Shown here in pieces: positions 1-64,000 of a DNA stretch of 64,000 nucleotides. The stretch covers positions 186,001-250,000 of the forward strand of contig JAQGDQ010000155.1 in NCBI GenBank assembly GCA_030141605.1. The letters run 5' to 3'. Both the position numbers and the translations under genes were made by a program. Numbering within the stretch: position 1 is the first letter of the stretch; every line of letters starts with the position of its first letter. Under the pieces are notes generated by a model. That model searched no databases, was not told the origin of the DNA, and saw only the letters and a program-made list of their open reading frames with translations. This DNA is from Tubiluchus corallicola. Lineage: Eukaryota > Animalia > Priapulida.

Positions 1-783
1 CACTTCTGCTACCTGTTCGTGAAAAATAGAAGTAATAATTTTTGGAAGCCAAGTCTCTGACGAAATTTTTATGAGAGCAGCAGTGATCAAGAAATAGTCA
101 TAGCAGAGGCAATAGCTTATCATTGTAGTATTAAATGCAAAAATTAAAAAGAAAGCACAGGTTTTAGATGCATAACAACTTGCAGGAGAGAATAACACAG
201 CATGTATCATCACTTAGTGAAAGAACTACAACTAGATCCAGAACAACATAATTATATGCTTCTTACACCTCAAAAACTCTAATGCTGTGTATAGAAATAT
301 TACTGTGTATAGATCCTGATGTGGCCAAAATTCACCTGACCGGGAAACCAATCGGAAACTTGAAAACTTGCTAAATCACCGAGGCAAAGACGGTTTCCCA
401 TCTGTGTATTGTCGAGTGATGCATATTCGAACGATAGTGATCATGTTCGAATGAATAGGGATCACGCATTACATACACATGGAGACACTTCCACATATTT
501 AAATGCAAACCGAGCATACATGCTAGGTATCACGTATCACGCATTACACATACACAGAGTCCTATCCTTAAAGGAAACATTACCCAATTTTACATGATAG
601 TTCAAAATAATTAACTGTTCAAATATTAACCTGAATGTCGTAAATTATATACAATTGTTAAATGTCATTAATTTCGTTAGTTTTTAACTGTTGCTCTCAA
701 CTGGCAATCTTAGATTGTAAAATCACCTCCAATACAGAAATGCATTGTTCAGAAAATGCACATTATTGCTTGATCAATAATCA

Positions 784-56462
<55,679 letters not shown>

Positions 56463-57136
56463 CTAAAAACAAAAAACAAAATATAATGAATTAAAAACAC
56501 ACAACACAAAGTCCCAAAATCAATTTTTGACACGTGAAATTATGACTGCTTCGTTGTCATTTTTATTCATTTTTTGAGAAGGAGCAGTGGCTGAGTGATC
56601 ACGGCGCTTGGTTGCTAATCTAGGGGTTCGAATCCCATCCCACATAACAGGATTTCGCGAATGGGAAACATTCTTCTTCTTTGTCTTTTCATTCCTCAGC
56701 ACATGCATACACAGGATGAATACATGTGCCTAATTTATAAAGATATGAAATTAAAAATAAACAAAAACAGTACATTGACAAAATTACGTACTCATCTACG
56801 TCACATCACATAAATACCAATCCCAAAACCAATATCAATATAAAATATTTCAAAACGTAATGCTGTTAATCGAATTTTCGAAAGTAGACATTATTAGACT
56901 TTACAATTCAGGAGATAAAACTATAATCACATCTTCTGCGAATGCGAGAAAAGTTTGGTAAAAACAAATCAATACAAATCCAAGAATCACTGTAGCCATA
57001 TCTCAAATGGAACAACTTTATAATGCTATTATTAAAAATCTATTATAACCAACTCTGAGATTATTCCTAAGAGCTTTGTCAAAATTTAAGTACAAAGAAA
57101 AATAAGTGTTGACACAGTTTTTAATACATGTTTTTA

Positions 57137-57477
57137 AGCCTTTTCACAGTTTCGTTATGCGCACGCGCAGTTGCTGTAAGGTTAAGCGTACTACAACAAT
57201 GTGTCTTGACTACAACCGTCACGTGACCAAACCAAAACCGTTTGACATGTTAGCTCAGTAACGTTGTTTTATGTGGACTTCACTTAATTATGCAATAATC
57301 TGTGATTTTGCTTGGGATAATCTTGCTTGGGATCAAGAAAAAATGAACCAGCTAAGGTTCAAGCTAGCTGTTAAAACGGTTACTATTACAACAGCATGGG
57401 AGGTGAGTTGTCAAGTGGTACACTTAACCTTTGACCTTTTCGCGATCACCATCAATTGCTGGAACTGTGAAAAGGCT
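57137..57477. mobile_element. MITE with 15-bp terminal inverted repeats
   Basis: AGCCTTTTCACAGTT...AACTGTGAAAAGGCT; inverted relative at about 31945-32330 and a fragment at about 13130-13190. Confidence 0.8.
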
Positions 57478-57659
57478 TATTGCATAATCAAGCTATTAAT
57501 ACTTTCACAAAACGTTACATTATGTTAAATTACACTAAACAAAATCTGTACAGCGCTTTAATTATCTCTATAATAAAAAATGCAAATTAGCTTAATTTAA
57601 GTTAAAAATTGTTTTCAAACAAGTTTTTAAAAAGTGTCGATAGAAACTATAAAACTAAG

Positions 57660-58620
57660 TTTTCATAGGTAAGCCGTTCCACGCTTGTGGACCTGACACA
57701 ACAAAAGGTCTGTCACCAAAAAAATGGAATATATTTAGATTTCGCGACAAGATTTTTATTGTCATCAGATCTTAGACCACAGTTTGATATCTAATTTAGT
57801 TAAGCACTAGATTAGTAATTTGAGCATCATCACCTAAGTCAGAACCTACTACATGTCCATCATACTGTGCTTTTGCCCCAACAGGTGTGCCGTTGCCACG
57901 TTAATCCTGGCCAGAAGGTAAAAGTCTCAGTTTCTTACGTGAAAAATACAACTACTTATATTTACCAAGATTTCTCAGATCATTCCAAGTATTTACACCA
58001 CAGCAAGTAAAGAGAAACCTCCCAGCAATGATTGTAAGGATGCAATGGAAAGAGCAAATAAGAGCAAGTCATCAGCATACATAAGATAAACAGCCAAACG
58101 GTTGTCCAAGAGAGTTGGAATATTGTTAGGGTTAACACCAGTTGTTACTGTTGCAGTCCAGAAGAATTTCGGCAAGATTTGAGATTTCAACAATGCTGAT
58201 TTAGAAAAAGCATTTTTCTGCATTATAAATTTACATTATTTCTTATAATTTGAATTTGGGTGTATCAAACTTGAAAAAGAGAGTAAACACATGTTTCACC
58301 ATTAGAAATGCATTTTTAAAGAAAACAATAGTCTGAGGGTCTTTTTGATATAACACAAACTTATGTTCTCATAAATACATCCATTTTTAAACAAGAACAA
58401 ATAGATTGATACTGAATACTAAAGGATATAAAGATATAGCTGCATCATTAAGATTTCTAAGAATTTGTTTTCTGTACTAGTAAACTGCTAGGAAATGTAA
58501 ATTTCAAATAACAGTGGAAATAGCATTGATCCTTGATGAACACCCACCTACAAGTTGAAAATGCCATTAAGGATTACAGTTTGTTCTCCAATATGCTTAA
58601 TTTAGAAGCCCTAAAGTTTT
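57660..58620 (-). mobile_element. Degenerate LINE reverse-transcriptase remnant
   Basis: VGVHQGSMLFPLLF (PQG-motif-like, about 58505-58547) upstream of MYADDLLL (about 58060-58083); interrupted frames. Confidence 0.7.
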
Positions 58621-58642
58621 TAACACTTACTTGATTACGTAA

Positions 58643-59551
58643 AAATGGTAGTTATAGGAGAAGGACAAAAACTACAACTTTGTGATACCTTTCTGTTTTA
58701 CAGTTCACTTATCATGGCACTCAGTTGCAAAAGTGACCTACTGTTAAATCCAATAATGCATCAAGCTATCAAGCTAAAAGGAACCACTTGCAATAAAACT
58801 GAGGGATTATAAAAGGAATTAAGGATCACGAATGTATCGATACAGACTACCCGGAAGTGAATAAAACACAGTATTTTAAAGAAGTATTTCAGACTACCCG
58901 GAAGTGAAATACACGTGGCATTTAAAGGAGTATTTTGCTTAGAAGCATCCAAATACTAGCATATATATTTGACAATTTATTGAATTTACTGGTTGCAGGC
59001 AGTAGTAAAACTTTCTATAAACACGTACATTTCCCTTGAGTTAAAGCATTTTCTAATTGCATTTTGCAAATTGTGAACCTGAGGGTGGCGCCGCCAGAAA
59101 TGGTAGTTATAGGAGAAGGACAAAAACTACAACTTTGTGATACCTTTCTGTTTTACAGTTCACTTATCATGGCACTCAGTTGCAAAAGTGACCTACTGTT
59201 AAATCCAATAATGCATCAAGCTATCAAGCTAAAAGGAACCACTTGCAATAAAACTGAGGGATTATAAAAGGAATTAAGGATCACGAATGTATCGATACAG
59301 ACTACCCGGAAGTGAATAATACACAGTATTTTAAAGAAGTATTTCAGACTACCCGGAAGTGAAATACACGTGGCATTTAAAGGAGTATTTTGCTTAGAAG
59401 CATCCAAATACTAGCATATATATTTGACAATTTATTGAATTTACTGGTTGCAGGCAGTAGTAAAACTTTCTATAAACACGTACATTTCCCTTGAGTTAAA
59501 GCATTTTCTAATTGCATTTTGCAAATTGTGAACCTGAGGGCGGCGCCAGAA
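58643..59551. repeat. 455-bp tandem duplication
   Basis: Near-identical copies offset by 455 bp (twin ORFs at 58761 and 59216). Confidence 0.93.
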
Positions 59552-62500
59552 ATTAGAGTTAACTGCTATAAGAGGTAGTCAGACGCTATGCTTTTCTCTG
59601 GCAGTTAAATGGTAAGTAAGCTTTGTCTCCACTTGCCACCGGAGCATTTGCACAGAAATACCTTACAGATTTTCCGAAACTGGTGTCGATATTCAGGAAG
59701 GTTCACAGCTTACAAAAAGCTGTGCGGTGTGCGTCCCACCGCTTTGCGCTAGAGCTGTCCTGGATGTAAATGCATTTATCGAAATTAAAAAGGCCCTCGG
59801 AATTAACAATTTTAAATTTTGTAAAACCAGCCTGATCAGACGTTAGTTAATAGACAAACTACAGGAAGAGAAGAAGAATTCGGTGAGCATTTCATAGACA
59901 CTTCGTGTAAATACTAAAAATGGTTAATACTAAAAATGATAATTAATCAAACGTGAACTTTTTCATACAGTTCAGCACATTGCAAAATTAAATCCCCGAC
60001 GCTCAGTGACAGGACATACTCCGTGCAGATGGTTGTGACCAACATGGCGAGATCAGATCTTGTCCTTTAGGACAATCATCTAAGACAAGTCAATGAGCAG
60101 ACAGAACTGTATTAGGCTCTTAGATAGTGCATAAATGTCGTACTAAAACCAGGTAAATAACAATAGATAGTCTGGTGGATAAAATGTCAAAGAATGAATA
60201 TAATCAGCAGATACCCATCAATTTGCAAATCAGGCTTGGAGCTGCTTGTTATTGAACAGCCCCACTCGCTAAGCGCTACTTGGCTACTCAGTACTCTCTC
60301 AGATTACTCTGACTCACTCCATGAAAACAAATGTAACTACATCCATAATTATTACATCTGGAAGTCAAGTAATAGTTTAAGAAAATAAATCCGAGCGCGG
60401 ATTTGAACCAGGGACCTCTGACGTTACGTGCCAAATGCTTTATCATGTCACCAACCAACACTTAGTTTTACATTGAAATCAATAACGGAAGATTTCACGC
60501 ACTCGAGTCGGAATGATTTCCCAGTTTTTCTGAATTTAAGAAAATTACCACTAGGTTGTAGGATTGGAGTTATGACAAATTCTTCAGCAATTTTACTGCC
60601 TATTTGTCAATTGTGAGGAAGTTTTACACCATTGAGTGGCAGGGCGGTTAGGAACATTCATCAAATGAAGAGACTGTGTGAGAACCATTACAGAAAGTGA
60701 ACTAAACAACTAAATGCCAATAATGGTAGATAAAGATCTTACTTAAAACTACGAAACGTGATAAATGGATGCAAATCGTTTGCACACCGATTGCGCAATG
60801 TAAAAGAAGTTTTGACGGTCCTGCTTTTGATGGTTGAAGACCGAAACTTTACTTGTTATCAAGAATAATCTCCTAAGATGAGCCATTGAACTGGCAGAGA
60901 TGTTTCTTCCTTCAGGAAGGAAAACAGCAGGAGGCAATATGGTATAAGAAAAACCCTGCAAAGAATTTTCTAGCAGTCGCCCATTCACTTACTAACCGGG
61001 CACTGCTATACTTCACAGCCAGGTAGCTCTTGTTTTTTACACTCACAGCACATTGTAAACATTGTTCTTCATCGTACACGGTTGTATAACAGTTTCATTT
61101 TATGCCAGCTTTCTGAAGTGTTTCTTACTTGGTAATATACAATGGTGCTTCTACGATTATTACGTTTGCATCGCACATATAACAAAAATAACATCGTACA
61201 GAAAAGTGATTTGAGTACTGTTGGTTCATACGTAGTCATTTGTAGAGGGAGAGAGAGGGGTTTTTAAAGCTCATTTTTGAGCTCACTAATTACTCGTTCA
61301 CATTCATTATGTTCATTATTACGTAATTAGTTTGTTTAAAATTAATTAACCCAGTTACTTAAACTTAATTAGTTGTTTTGCTTCTTTCAATGTTTCAACG
61401 CTGTAAATTGTAATTATGAGATGTCAAATGTTTGTTTGTTTCTTTCTTTGATTGTTTGCATGTTTATTTTTACCTAGTAGTTCATTTCGTTCACCCATTG
61501 TTTATGTACTACATCTGGCCGCCAGTTCATTTGTTCATTTCGTTTGCCTACCCGTTCACCTGTTCAACCATTCATACATGTTCAATCAGTGTTTGTGCAG
61601 TGAAATCAATGTGTAGTATGTTCTACCAGTGAGTCCTCAAACTTCCATTAAGAATTCATACCTTTCTCGAAGCAGCAGTAAAGAGAAGTAAATATCAGAC
61701 TCTAGCAGCACAAAATGGTCTTGGTGCAAATACAAAATACCTGTGTTGTTCTGTGACGATAAAGTGTTACTGCTTAGTACATTACTAGTACTGATGTTTC
61801 TTACTCAACTGACTTTTGTTGCTTGTTTTACCACCCGTGTCTCTAGAGGTGTGAGAGGAAAAATATTTGTCAACTAGGTATGACGAAAGACAGTGTTCTC
61901 CTGATACAGCAGCACCAGCAGTAACCATCACAGATGCTAGATGCGTTGCCATGGTTATCGAGTCGCTCACGACTTCTCCCAGCACTCAGGCTAGTAAGAA
62001 TCATTCGTTTTGACGTTTTCACGGATAAGGCAAAACATTAGGTTTGCCGAGATTTAAAAGTTGTTACATCAGTGACTGGCTTGATATGTGCCTCTCACAG
62101 TTAGTAACAAAATCATTTCCAATTCATTATATTGCTTGGCTGAGCACTCTGCAAGAGAGAGTATTTATTACGTTGGCAGTTGCGGCAGAACCGAGACCTA
62201 GCTTAATAACGAGGATAACGCTTCCGAGGTGAAATGTTGAACCGGCAGCAGTCGATCCGTCAACAGGAGAAACAGAGTAAAGTAGCAGGTCAGATGAAAC
62301 TGTCCACAAGCAGTGTTACCAGTGGTCATCCATCCATTCACTAACAAAGCACAGCTTTGTTTAGCTAGTTCCCCAACCTTCAGCAAGTGATTTGACAAAG
62401 ACAGTCCTTGTTGGTTAAATGAGGGACCGCATCAAATACACTCACTGACTACTCACCCTCTTGAGTGATTAACTGACTAATAAACGGCTTGACCAATAGG

Positions 62501-63502
62501 CAGTTGACACCGTCACTCAAAACAGTCATGCTCCAGTTTGTCAGTGTTGAAAGATCGTGTGGACTAGGCATGACTCACTGACTTACCGATCACTTTATAA
62601 CACAGTGGAAGTCAACAAAACAAAATGATTTGAAAGTCTTTAAGCATTTCGAATTTAAGACTATTACTATCACAAAACAAGCCATTTCAACTACAAATGA
62701 TCAATTTCACTTAAAAGATCTGGTTATGATTCCTATAATCAAATCTCCCATCTTTTGCATTTCAACAAAACTGCATTTCATTAGTAAAATATTGAGATGA
62801 TCACTCCTATAATAAAGTCAGCAACTTTTCACAATCACGGTAATCATCATATCCAGAACAATACCGGATTTCCGCTTCAAAAACAACGACGGGTAGGAAT
62901 AACTGATTGGCTGTGCGTGCGCGATTAGGCAACATTGGACCTGTTCAGTAAATGAATAGGCGACCGACTGGAAAACCGTTTCCGGGTGGTTTCTCATGCA
63001 TGGGAAGACGGCTAAAACTGTCACCAATGTCTCATCTTAGATAAACATTCCAGGTACTTGATTAGGTTCCAGTCCCTAACAAGGAGTCCAGGGACAAATC
63101 AACTCCTTTCGGGTTACGTACTTTCTGTGAAGACAAAATTCTGTTACCACGTGCTCATCGATCTCAAATGCTAGCTCTTGAATGAGCGTGCCTTAACGTT
63201 GCAAATGTCGGTGATGACAAACCTCAACCAAAACAGCTCAACGCCTCATTCAAATACAATGACTAATGTAATGGCTTCTAATGTAATGTAGCGGTCTTAT
63301 GTAATAAGCCTCTCATATGTGCAGCTTATGAATAAGGGGTATGAATACCCCCCCCCCCCCCAAGGCTGTTATTGAATAACTCATGCGTCTGCGAGGTTTC
63401 AAACTTTGAACATTTATTAAAAGGTCGATCCGAACGACACTGATAATTACGGCAACACCACAATGACAACAACCAGTGTTACACCAAAAGAAGAGAAAGA
63501 CC

Positions 63503-63680
63503 ATGATGGTGATGCTGACGATAACGATGATGATGATGATGATGATGATGACGACGACGACGACGATAATGATGGAGGAGATGATGGTGGTGGCGGTGAT
63601 GATGATGATGATGATAATGATGACGACGACGAGGACGATGATGATGATGATAACGAATAAGATAATGATGATAATGATGA
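63503..63680. repeat. (GAT/GAC/GGT)n low-complexity repeat
   Basis: Direct reading. Confidence 0.92.
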
Positions 63681-64000
63681 GTGGTTCTAAGACCGAATCA
63701 CAAGGGGTATAGAACAATCAAACGGTGGCGGTGAAGATGAAGGTGAATACACACCACTATGTCCACTATGTCTGACAAAGTGAAAGTGAACACACGCAGG
63801 GACTGTCATCACCATGTGCTAAATACACAGGAATCCTGCCAGATACGCAATTTAGTGTGCCATACACGAGTCATAATTACCTAGAGGTTGGACTAATCAC
63901 CTTCATGCTTTTGCCCATAATCACTGTTATTAAGCATCGCTAGTGACAGATGTAGACTGATTTTGTAAGGTAGCTGTGCAAGTAAGTAGGTAGTAAGTAA

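Noticed and set aside
61785-62398. Alternative first exon or independent ORFs
   Set aside because: No channel homology, available donors are phase 1 while the 56462 exon needs phase 0, and IS1 would be skipped.
56463-64000. IS1 exon of Cav1
   Set aside because: No IFANC-like motif found by eye; it probably lies beyond the window.

Overview
Eukaryotic, AT-rich, intron-rich DNA from an invertebrate animal; the lineage cannot be fixed from this window. It lies inside one minus-strand gene, an L-type voltage-gated calcium channel alpha-1 subunit (Cav1, CACNA1C/D/F/S family). I reconstructed 31 phase-compatible GT-AG exons (56462 down to 853; 4086 nt, 1362 codons, no stops) running from IS2 through all four domains (EEEE filter, AID) into the proximal C-terminus. 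The N-terminus/IS1 and the IQ region were not found and presumably lie outside the window. Introns hold minisatellites, MITE-like elements, tRNA-derived SINEs and LINE remnants. The most unusual feature is a 52-unit, 30-bp minisatellite (about 54783-56346) made of the IS3 exon 3' end plus its 5' splice site. It gives 40 GTAAGT donors, and only the first avoids an in-frame TAA. Also notable: a U12-type intron, a candidate 30-nt IVS3-S4 microexon with a downstream TGCATG, substitutions at dihydropyridine-binding positions, and direct repeats flanking an in-frame three-exon block.
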